Assembly: GCA_965238005.1 (NCBI GenBank)
Contig: OZ250165.1
Span: 1,342,195 to 1,406,194, forward strand
Source of the DNA: Longimicrobiales bacterium
Lineage (GTDB): Bacteria; Gemmatimonadota; Gemmatimonadetes; Longimicrobiales; Gaopeijiaceae
Reading direction: 5' to 3'
DNA: 64,000 nucleotides
Part shown: piece by piece, positions 36,883 through 44,911 of the stretch
How the letters are laid out: each line of letters begins with the position of its first letter
How positions within the stretch are numbered: the first letter of the stretch is position 1
Translations under genes and position numbers: made by a program
The notes under the pieces: generated by a model
Told to the model about the DNA's origin: nothing
Databases searched by the model: none
What the model saw: the letters and a program-made list of their open reading frames with translations, nothing else

Positions 36883-38691
36883 ATGATCTCTGAGCGGGAT
36901 GACGAACGGGAGCCCGAGCTCGAGGTGGAGCCGACGATGGAGTCGGAGGCCGAGCCGGAGCCGGAGGTCGAGACTCCCCTCGAGGCTGAAGTCGCCCCGG
37001 CTGGCGTCACGGAAGAGCCGGCTGGTGACGCGGCATTGTTCTCCATGGAGGCACTCACCGATTCAACCGGCAACGCGGCGGACGACGTTGACGATTCGGA
37101 CGCGTTCAGTCTAGGCGGAATGACGGGATCACAGTACGACACGCCCGACGAACCCGGTCCTCAGGTGCCTGCAGGCGGAGCCCCTGACGAGCCGCCGGCA
37201 CCCCCGGCGCAGGAGCCTCCCCTCGCCGAGACGGAGCCCGAGGAGGAAGCCGGGCTGGATCTGGAAGCGGCGTCCCTCGAGATGGAGCCCTTGGAGGTCG
37301 AGCCGTTAGAGGTGGGCCCCCCAGAGGCCGAGGCCCCAGAGGTCGAGGTCGCGGAGGCGGAAGCCACGGAGGTGGAGGCCCCGGCAACTGCCGATGAGGC
37401 CGCAGTCGAAGAGCCGGGCATGCCAGCCGTCGAGGGTGTGACGGGATCCAGGATCGAGATGGACGAGGCGGCTGTGGCGGCGGCGGCCGAGGATGCCCAT
37501 CTGGACATGGAGGGCTTCGAGACGGGGGCCGGATTCGAACTGGAGGACGCTCCGGACGACTTGGAGAGTGGCTTTGTTGACGAGGATGCCGCGGCCGGCT
37601 TCGAGGCCGGTCCGGGTGCGGAGCAGGTAGGGGAGGCCGAGGGCTCAGACGACCTCGGCTTCGGAGACGGCGACCTCGAGGTGGAAGCCAGCCCCCTCGT
37701 GGAGGACGACCTGCCCGACGACGAGGAGCTGGTGGCAGCGGAAGATCTCAGCGTGGCGGCCGGAGACTTGGCATTCGACGATCCCGATCCGGGTTCGCCC
37801 GAGCCCGTGGAACCCCTGGTCACCGGTGACGAGCCGCCCGGGGATCCCTCGGTGGGCGCAGGCGAGACCATCGCGGTGGACGCGGCCGTAGAGGCAATGG
37901 GAGCCGGCACTGATGCGCTCCCCGAAGACACGGTTGGCGAGACTGCCGTCGACCTGGAGGAAGGCCCGCCTCGCAAGATGTCGGGGTTGGAGGAGTTGGA
38001 GCGACGGCGAAGGCGGGGAACCAGGGTCCGGCAGCTGCTGGTGGGTATGTCAACAGCGCTGATCGTGGGGGGCGGAGGCTTGACGGCCGCGTACTTCGGC
38101 TTCATCAACATCCCCTGGCTCACACCGCCTGAACGCGTGCGCTCTGCTGTGCCACCCCCGATTGAGCTACCCGGCCCGACCCCCGAGACGCCAGTGATAA
38201 GCCATGTGCTCACCCTCGATGCCTGGCGCAGCATGGAAACGGCCTCGAGTACGGTGGACGCGCTCCGGGGGCGGCTTCCCGAGCTTCTGTTCTTCGTGAC
38301 CTTTATCGAGGTGGCCGGGGCCGACCAATACGCGCTGCTCGCAGGCCCTGCCTTCAGCGCAGTGGAGGCAGACGCCCTGAAGGAGCCTCTGGCTGAGGTC
38401 CTGGACCGCCTCAATCCGGCTATGTGGACCGTTCAGGAGGCGAGATACTCGTTCTTCTTCGGCGAGTACGCCGAGGCGGCGGACGCGGCCCGTAGGGTCC
38501 AGTCGCTGGCCGTTCTCTCCATACCGGCTCACGTCCTGGAGGTGAGCTATCCTGATGGAACCACGGGGCTGCGCGTCTATGGCGGAGCTTTTGTGGACGA
38601 GTTCCAGGCCGCTGCGATGGGGCGGCTCCTTCGTGCGAACGACCTGGGTGATGTACGTCTGACTCTACGGAGGGGCCGACTGCCCCAATGA
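36883..38691 (+). CDS. paralog C: N-terminally truncated copy (acidic linker, TM helix and two SPOR domains; no P-loop-like domain)
   Basis: 602-aa ORF. From EPEPEVETPLEAEV onward it is colinear with paralog B. Sequence homologous to B upstream of 36883 is frame-shifted by a 1-nt insertion relative to B. The TM helix is LLVGMSTALIVGGGGLTAAYFGFI. The stop overlaps the smc start (ATGA). Confidence 0.65.
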   Translation: MISERDDEREPELEVEPTMESEAEPEPEVETPLEAEVAPAGVTEEPAGDAALFSMEALTDSTGNAADDVDDSDAFSLGGMTGSQYDTPDEPGPQVPAGGAPDEPPAPPAQEPPLAETEPEEEAGLDLEAASLEMEPLEVEPLEVGPPEAEAPEVEVAEAEATEVEAPATADEAAVEEPGMPAVEGVTGSRIEMDEAAVAAAAEDAHLDMEGFETGAGFELEDAPDDLESGFVDEDAAAGFEAGPGAEQVGEAEGSDDLGFGDGDLEVEASPLVEDDLPDDEELVAAEDLSVAAGDLAFDDPDPGSPEPVEPLVTGDEPPGDPSVGAGETIAVDAAVEAMGAGTDALPEDTVGETAVDLEEGPPRKMSGLEELERRRRRGTRVRQLLVGMSTALIVGGGGLTAAYFGFINIPWLTPPERVRSAVPPPIELPGPTPETPVISHVLTLDAWRSMETASSTVDALRGRLPELLFFVTFIEVAGADQYALLAGPAFSAVEADALKEPLAEVLDRLNPAMWTVQEARYSFFFGEYAEAADAARRVQSLAVLSIPAHVLEVSYPDGTTGLRVYGGAFVDEFQAAAMGRLLRANDLGDVRLTLRRGRLPQ

Positions 38692-41600
38692 AACTCCGAT
38701 CACTTCGCGTTCATGGGTTCAAGTCCTTTGCTGACGCCACCGTCATCGACTTCCACGAGGGCATCACGGCCATCGTCGGGCCCAACGGCTGCGGAAAATC
38801 GAATATCAGCGACGCCGTTCGCTGGGTACTGGGAGAGCAACGCCCCTCCGCCATCCGGGGAGGGAAGATGGAGGAGGCCATCTTCCAGGGCTCTCTGAAT
38901 CGCCGCCCCGTGAACCGGGGGGCGGTTACCATGGTGGTGAGCAACGAGGACGGGGTTCTCCCGGTTGCGTACGAGGAGGTCGAGATCGGCCGCACCGTGT
39001 ACCGAGACGGGGGGAGCGATTACTCGCTCAACCGCTCGACCTGTCGTCTGCGAGACGTGGTCGATCTCTTCCGCGACACCGGGCTCGGCGCCAACGCCTA
39101 TTCGGTGATCGAGAACCGGATGATCGACGCCATTCTCTCCGATCGGGCGGAGGAGAGGCGGCAGCTCTTCGAGGAGGCTTCCGGCATCGGTAAGTACAAG
39201 GACAGGCGAAAGGCCGCCCTCCGTCGCCTGGAGCACGCCGAGAACGATCTCACCCGTTTGGAAGACGTCATCGCCGAGGTCGAGACCAAAGTGCGCTCGC
39301 TGGCTCGGCAGAAGGGGAAGGCAGAACGGTACGGGGCTCTCCGGAAGCGGCGGCTGTCAGTAGAGGTCGCCGTCGTGCGCAACAACCTGGCCGATCGCGA
39401 GGCGCGCCTGAAGGAGCTCGATACGGCCCTGGAGGCCGATCGAAAGACGGGTCAGGGGATGGTGGCCGAGCTCCGTGCTGCGGAAGCGACCTACGAAAGG
39501 CTGCGGCTCGAGGAGGTGACGGCGGAGCGCTCCAGGGCAGAGGCTGCCGCGGCCCTCGACCAGGTGAAGGCTCAGCTCGTCGAGTGGGAGCGGGATCTCG
39601 CGGTGGCTGAGGAGCGCGGAGGCTACGCCGAGCGACGGTTGAGTCAGATCGGAGGTGACCGCGAGGCCTGGTCCAAGCGCCTGGATGATGTCAGGGGCGA
39701 ATCGGCCGAGCTTCAGGGACGTCGTGAGGGGCAGGAACGGGAGCTGGAGCGGGTCAGGGCGGAGGTGAGTCGTCAAGCGGACGCGTCCGCGGTCGTGAAG
39801 GCGCGTCTCCAGGAAGCCCGCGATGGTGTAGAGGAGAAGGAGCATCGAGAGCGGGATCTGGTCCGGAAGGGCGCGCAGCTCGAGGGCGATGCCGAGGCTG
39901 CCCAGGGCCAGGCCGCCGAGCTCGAGCGCCGCATCGAGCGCATTACCGCGGAACTGAGTGACGCCTCCAACGTTCTGACCGACCTGGAGTCGCAGGGCGA
40001 TCTTTTCACGACCCGCCTCGACGGACTGGAGGCGGCGGTGCAGGACGCCCGGAAGCGCTTCGATGCGGCTCAGGAGGCTCTCGGCGGCCAGCGCAAGGCC
40101 TTCGACGAAGCGAGGCGTAGGGAGCTCGATGCGGTTCGGACGGTCCAGGGCATGGAGGTGGAAGTCGCGGCTCTGGAGGCCCTCGGCCTCAGACAAGAGG
40201 GAATCGGTCCCGCCACCAAGGCGGCTCTCGCCCTCGAGGACGCCGGCGTCGTGGGATCCCTCCCGGACTTCATCGAAGCCCCGGGCGAGGTGGCATCGGT
40301 GGTGGAGACATACCTGGGCCCCCTCGCACAGGCTCTCGTGGTGCGCGATGGCGCCTCCGCCGACCGGATCGTTCGTTGGTTCGCCGACGATTGGACCGAG
40401 GGAGGCGGCCTGGTCTTGCTTCCGCTCGATCGAGTTCCCGATCCGGCGGGGGGCTCTCTGCTGAAAGCCGTCAAGGCCAAGGGAGAAGGAGCCCCCTGGG
40501 TCGAAGCGCTACTAGGCGAGGCTGATCTGGTCGAGACCCAGGAGTCCGTCGGCCCCGCTCCCGAGCGCGCACAGCTCTCGATCGCGGGGATGGTCATCGA
40601 TCCACGTGGCTTCATCAAGGTCGGTAGACCCTCGGGCACGTCCGGTGTGCTCGAGCGAAGGGCTCGCGTCGAGTCAATCCGCCAGGCACTGGACGAGGCG
40701 ATAGGCGAAGCGGCCGGTGCGAGGCAGGACGTCGAGAACGCAGAGGCTGCCGAGGAAAAGGCCCAGGAAGCCCTCGCAGTCGCCCGGATCTCGTTCCTCG
40801 AGGCCGAGGATGAGCTGAGGCAAACCAGCGCCGAGATGGCGGCCCAGGTGGACCGCCGCGCCAGGGTCGACACCCATCGGGACGAGCTTGCCAGACAGCT
40901 GGAGGGAGGCAAGGCGGCCAGGGCCAGAGCTCTGGAGCGAGCCCAGACCGCCCGGGAGGATCGTGAGAATCTTCTGGCCCAGGAGGGTGGTATCCGGGCC
41001 GAGCGCGAGAAAGCGCGGGAGGTCCTCGCTGGCGTTCAGGACGAATGGGAAGAGGCCCATGGAGAAGAGTCGCGGCTGTCAGTGACGCTGGCCCGTATGG
41101 AGGCCGAGGCGGAGAGAATGGCGGAGCGACTCCAGGATTTGGCTCGTGAGGCTTCCGTCGGTGAGGATCGGCTGGGCGAGCTGGATGCCGAGGAGCAGGT
41201 CCTCACCGACGAGCTGAACACGGTCCAGCGACTCCAGGAGGAAGGCCGGGTCGCGACGGAGCGACTCTTCGGCGAGCGTGACGAAGCCGAGAGCGTGCTC
41301 GAGGAGAGAACCAAGCTGCTATCCGACGTGGCCGAGACGTTGGCCGATGCGGACCAGGCGGCTCGGCTGGCGCGCAGCATCGAGCGCGAGGCGGTGGACC
41401 GGCGTCATCAGCTCGAGCTGGAGCGACAGGAGGTCTCGGGCCGCATCGGGCTCATCCAGGAGCGCTTGGAGGGAGAGTGGGGTCGTCCGTTGGAGCGTCT
41501 CCTCGACGAGGCCGAGCCGGTGGAGGGCGAGCCCGAGGCCCTGAGGGAGGAGCTCGAGGAGATCGTGGTCAAGCTCGATCGCATCGGGCTGGTCAACATG

Positions 41601-42206
41601 CTCGCGGTCGAGGAGCATGCCGAGGAGAGTGCCAGGCTGGCCTTTCTCAACGAGCAGCGCGAGGATCTGGTAGCCGCGCACAACGACTTGAAATCGGCCA
41701 TCCAGCAGATCAATGAGACCGCCATTGACCTCTTCGAGAGCACGTTCGAGAAGATCCGGGGGAACTTCCAGTCCACCTTCCATCGGCTGTTCGAGGGAGG
41801 CGAGGCTGACATCTGGTTGGCCGATCCCGAAGACCCGTTGGAATCGCCCATCGAAGTCCACGCCTCGCCGAGGGGGAAGAAGACCCAGAGAATCGACCTG
41901 CTGTCGGGTGGAGAGCGGGCGCTGACAGCCCTCTCGCTGCTCTTCGGCATCTACCTGGTCAAGCCAAGTCCGTTCTGCATTCTCGACGAAGTCGATGCCC
42001 CGCTCGACGAGAACAACATCGGTCGCTTCATTCGCCTGCTGCAGGAGTTCAAGGAGCAGACGCAGTTCGTGATCATCACCCACAATCCGCGGTCCATCGA
42101 GGCCGCCGATTGGATCTACGGTGTCACCATGGAGGAGCCCGGGGTGAGCACGGTCGTCGGGGTGCAGCTCGAAGAGGCTCTGCACGTGGGCGGCTCGGCG
42201 GCCTAG
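38688..42206 (+). CDS. smc: chromosome segregation protein SMC
   Basis: 1172-aa ORF with an N-terminal Walker A GPNGCGKSNISDA, long coiled coils and a hinge. The C-terminus has LSGGERALTALSLLFG and the Walker B FCILDEVDAPLD. Confidence 0.95.
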   Translation: MKLRSLRVHGFKSFADATVIDFHEGITAIVGPNGCGKSNISDAVRWVLGEQRPSAIRGGKMEEAIFQGSLNRRPVNRGAVTMVVSNEDGVLPVAYEEVEIGRTVYRDGGSDYSLNRSTCRLRDVVDLFRDTGLGANAYSVIENRMIDAILSDRAEERRQLFEEASGIGKYKDRRKAALRRLEHAENDLTRLEDVIAEVETKVRSLARQKGKAERYGALRKRRLSVEVAVVRNNLADREARLKELDTALEADRKTGQGMVAELRAAEATYERLRLEEVTAERSRAEAAAALDQVKAQLVEWERDLAVAEERGGYAERRLSQIGGDREAWSKRLDDVRGESAELQGRREGQERELERVRAEVSRQADASAVVKARLQEARDGVEEKEHRERDLVRKGAQLEGDAEAAQGQAAELERRIERITAELSDASNVLTDLESQGDLFTTRLDGLEAAVQDARKRFDAAQEALGGQRKAFDEARRRELDAVRTVQGMEVEVAALEALGLRQEGIGPATKAALALEDAGVVGSLPDFIEAPGEVASVVETYLGPLAQALVVRDGASADRIVRWFADDWTEGGGLVLLPLDRVPDPAGGSLLKAVKAKGEGAPWVEALLGEADLVETQESVGPAPERAQLSIAGMVIDPRGFIKVGRPSGTSGVLERRARVESIRQALDEAIGEAAGARQDVENAEAAEEKAQEALAVARISFLEAEDELRQTSAEMAAQVDRRARVDTHRDELARQLEGGKAARARALERAQTAREDRENLLAQEGGIRAEREKAREVLAGVQDEWEEAHGEESRLSVTLARMEAEAERMAERLQDLAREASVGEDRLGELDAEEQVLTDELNTVQRLQEEGRVATERLFGERDEAESVLEERTKLLSDVAETLADADQAARLARSIEREAVDRRHQLELERQEVSGRIGLIQERLEGEWGRPLERLLDEAEPVEGEPEALREELEEIVVKLDRIGLVNMLAVEEHAEESARLAFLNEQREDLVAAHNDLKSAIQQINETAIDLFESTFEKIRGNFQSTFHRLFEGGEADIWLADPEDPLESPIEVHASPRGKKTQRIDLLSGGERALTALSLLFGIYLVKPSPFCILDEVDAPLDENNIGRFIRLLQEFKEQTQFVIITHNPRSIEAADWIYGVTMEEPGVSTVVGVQLEEALHVGGSAA

Positions 42207-42269
42207 CCGGACCTCGGAGCCGATACGGTAGTGCGGTTCCCGGGGGGGCGCGGGGTAGGCTAGATCACT

Positions 42270-43060
42270 ATGACCGCCAGCGTGACGGTCCTCGGCTCCG
42301 GCACCCTGTTGCCGGACCATCTTCGCCACCCGGCTGCGTTCCTCGTCGCGGAAGGTGACGCGGTCCTCCTCCTCGACTGCGGCTCCGGCGTCCTGGACGG
42401 CATGAGCCGGTTCCGGGTTCCGTGGGCCGACCTGACTCACATCGCCCTCAGCCATTTTCATACTGACCACATCGGTGGGCTGGCTCCTCTGATGTTCGCT
42501 CTGTCGCATGGGGTGTCGCCGCCCCGCACCACCCCACTCACTCTTGTCGGCCCACCCGGCCTCCGCAGCCTTCTGAGCGTCCTCGCCGAGGCATATGGTG
42601 GCTACGTTCTCGAGCCCGGCTTCGAGCTCTCCGTGGTGGAGCTGGCCCGGAACGACCGATGGAGCGACGGCACGGTCGACTTGAGGACGTGCGAGACCGT
42701 CCACACGGAGCACTCGGTCGCGTATCGTTGGGCCGGAGGGGCTGGGACTGTCGGGTATACGGGCGACACGGGGGACAGCACGCTCCTCGGGGGTTTTCTA
42801 GCGGGGTCGGACCTTCTGATCGCCGAGTGTGCGCACCCGGATCCTCCATCCGGGATACTCATTTGACGCCCGGCGGGGTGGCGGCACTCGCCCGGGAGGT
42901 CGCCCCGGCATTGGTGGTGACGACGCATGCCTATCCCACACTCTCGCCCGATGAGGTTCCGGAGCTGGTCCGCCAATCAGGGTACACCGGGCGCGTGCTG
43001 GCGGGGTACGACGGAATGTGCGTCGTCCTCGAACAAGGGGCGCCCCCGTCCATCAGGTAG
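42270..43060 (+). pseudogene. MBL-fold metallo-hydrolase (RNase Z/BN-like), apparent 1-nt frameshift near 42850-42860
   Basis: ORF 42270..42866 carries HFHTDHIGG and ...LLIAECAHPDPPSG. The continuation THLTPGGVAALAREVAPALVVTTHAYP lies in another frame (ORF 42659..43060). This may be a sequencing indel. Confidence 0.7.
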
Positions 43061-43141
43061 ACTACATCTGTTCCCGCGGGTACACTTCTGTGCGGTGCTA
43101 CACACCGGATACGTCCTGAAGACCCGGAATTCGAGAATCAC

Positions 43142-44170
43142 ATGCTGGTAGTCATGAAGCACAACGCCTCCGAAGCCGAGGTTCGAGGCGTGGTCGAGGC
43201 AATAGAGGACTTGGGGTACCTGGCACGGTCCATGCCCGGCAAGCAGCGGACGACCGTCGGCCTCATGGGCAACGACGGGCGAGTGGATTCGGCTCGGATT
43301 CAGGGGCTCCCCGGCGTCCTCGAGATCATTTCCGTAACCAAGCCGTACAAGCAGGTCTCCAGGGAATGGCGCGACGTGGACACGATTGTCGAGTTGGGAG
43401 GCGGCATCCGGTTCGGTACAGCGGAAGTCCCCATCATCGCCGGACCGTGTGCCGTCGAGGGTGAGGATCAGATCCTCGATACCGCTCATCAGCTGAAGGC
43501 CATGGGTGCCAGCCTCCTACGTGGGGGGGCGTTCAAGCCGAGAACCTCGCCCTACTCCTGGCAGGGACTGGGCGAAGAAGGTCTCAAGATGCTGGCCCGG
43601 GCCAAGGAGGCCACGGGACTGGCGATCGTCACCGAGGCCCTTGAACCGGACAGCGTAGATCTGGTGGCGGAGTATGCCGACGTCATTCAGATCGGAGCCC
43701 GGAACATGCAGAACTACCCGCTGCTGAGGCGGGCGGGGCAGTGCGGCAAGCCGGTCCTCCTAAAGCGGGGCATGTCGGCAACCCTCACGGAGTTGCTCCT
43801 GGCCGCCGAGTACCTTCTGGCGGAGGGGAACGACGATGTCATCCTCTGCGAGCGAGGTGTGCGGAGCTTCGACAGTCACACTCGGAATCTCCTTGATCTC
43901 ACCGCTATCCCGGTGGTGAAGTCCCTCTCCCATCTGCCCATCATCGCTGATCCGAGCCACGGAACGGGGATCCGGGACAAGGTGATCCCCATGGCCCGGG
44001 CTGCCGTGGCGGCGGGGGCCGACGGCCTGATGGTGGAGGTTCATCCGAACCCGCCCCAGGCGCTGTCCGACGGAGCCCAGTCGCTGTACCCGAATCAGTT
44101 CGGTGAGCTCATGGACCAGATCCGCGTCATCGCGAAGGCCATCGGCCGGTCGGTGCGAGAACCCTCCTAG
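43142..44170 (+). CDS. 3-deoxy-7-phosphoheptulonate (DAHP) synthase, type I-beta with N-terminal regulatory domain
   Basis: 342-aa ORF with IAGPCAVE, RGGAFKPRTSPYSWQGLG and KRG motifs. It has an N-terminal ~70-aa ferredoxin-like extension, as in Thermotoga-type enzymes. Confidence 0.9.
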   Translation: MLVVMKHNASEAEVRGVVEAIEDLGYLARSMPGKQRTTVGLMGNDGRVDSARIQGLPGVLEIISVTKPYKQVSREWRDVDTIVELGGGIRFGTAEVPIIAGPCAVEGEDQILDTAHQLKAMGASLLRGGAFKPRTSPYSWQGLGEEGLKMLARAKEATGLAIVTEALEPDSVDLVAEYADVIQIGARNMQNYPLLRRAGQCGKPVLLKRGMSATLTELLLAAEYLLAEGNDDVILCERGVRSFDSHTRNLLDLTAIPVVKSLSHLPIIADPSHGTGIRDKVIPMARAAVAAGADGLMVEVHPNPPQALSDGAQSLYPNQFGELMDQIRVIAKAIGRSVREPS

Positions 44171-44265
44171 ACGGCTGGTCCGGAGCTAGATCCGGAGCCA
44201 CAGGCTGGCGACAAAGGAGGTGATCCCGACCCCTGTGGCCATGTCCAGGCCCGGTTCCTGCCGCG

Positions 44266-44673
44266 ATGGTAGGCCCTTTAGGCATTCATCCTTCGACCTG
44301 GGGTCTCAGCGCCGTGAGCACCGTGGATCGCGGACGACATTTCGAAGATCTCGCCGAGGCCCTTCTTCGGAATCGAGGGTGGAGGGTAGTGGATCGGAAC
44401 GTCCGGTTCCTGCGGAAGGAGATCGATCTCGTCGTAGAGAAGGACGGGCTCGTGGCGTTCGTGGAGGTAAAGGGACGCAGCGGCCCGGCCTTCGGCCATC
44501 CCCTGGAGGCCATCACGTGGCGCAAGCGCCAGGCCATCTCCATGGCGGCTCGCCTTTGGATTGCCCGGAGCCGGGTCGAGGCTCGATCCTATCGATTCGA
44601 TGCCGTCTCGGTGTTGTCGGACGGAGCCGGGACCGTCGAAGTGGAGCACATCGAGGGAGCATGGACGGAGTGA
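44266..44673 (+). CDS. yraN: YraN family endonuclease (UPF0102)
   Basis: AEALLRNRGWRVVDRNVRFLRKEIDLVVEKDGLVAFVEVKGRSG. Confidence 0.8.
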   Translation: MVGPLGIHPSTWGLSAVSTVDRGRHFEDLAEALLRNRGWRVVDRNVRFLRKEIDLVVEKDGLVAFVEVKGRSGPAFGHPLEAITWRKRQAISMAARLWIARSRVEARSYRFDAVSVLSDGAGTVEVEHIEGAWTE

Positions 44674-44724
44674 GCCGATAGGGCGAAAACCCGCATAATT
44701 CCTACTTTTTCGCACTGCCAGCCG

Positions 44725-44753
44725 TTGACGCTCCGTGTGAGGCACTCTAACTT
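44725..44753 (+). promoter_or_regulatory. candidate sigma-70-type promoter for the SRP RNA
   Basis: TTGACG (44725-44730), a 17-nt spacer, then TAACTT (44748-44753). The predicted start lies about 7 nt downstream, at the first base of the RNA helix. Confidence 0.4.
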
Positions 44754-44759
44754 TCCGGT

Positions 44760-44858
44760 ACCCCAGGTCCGTAGGGCGAAAGCTCACGAACTCCGTCAGG
44801 ACCTTGCCGGTAGCAGCGGTAAGTGCAGTGATCGTTGCTGCGGGTCGCCTGGGGCATT
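44760..44858 (+). ncRNA. ffs: signal recognition particle RNA (small/4.5S type)
   Basis: Domain IV-like core CCGUCAGGACC-UUGCC-GGUAGCAGCGG; compare E. coli CAGGUCAGGUCCGGAAGGAAGCAGCC. The terminal helix is CCCCAGG (44761-44767) / CCUGGGG (44848-44854), followed by a U-run. Its position directly upstream of dnaX-ybaB-recR matches Bacillus. Confidence 0.65.
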
Positions 44859-44911
44859 TTTCTTCTAGTGTGGCTCTCCGCCACACCAGCCGGCTCTCGA
44901 AGCGTACGTCC

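Larger units (their letters stand above)
35060..38754 (+). repeat. tandem segmental duplication (copy 1 ~35060-36764, copy 2 ~36765-38754)
   Basis: By hand alignment, the last ~650 nt of the two copies differ at about 19 positions. Both copies end with the same ATGAAACTCCGATC.CTTCGCGTTCATGGGTTCAAGTCCTTTGCTGACGCCAC.GTCATCGACTTCC, which is the smc 5' end. The acidic regions differ by indels. Confidence 0.85.

Noticed and set aside
41319-42713. 464-aa antisense ORF across the smc 3' end and the MBL gene
   Set aside because: Shadow ORF spanning two well-supported sense genes.
44804-44911. TTG 44804 as the dnaX start
   Set aside because: The extra 36 codons overlap the predicted SRP RNA and its terminator. 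They also have no counterpart in the DnaX N-terminus, which normally begins just before YRP..F.
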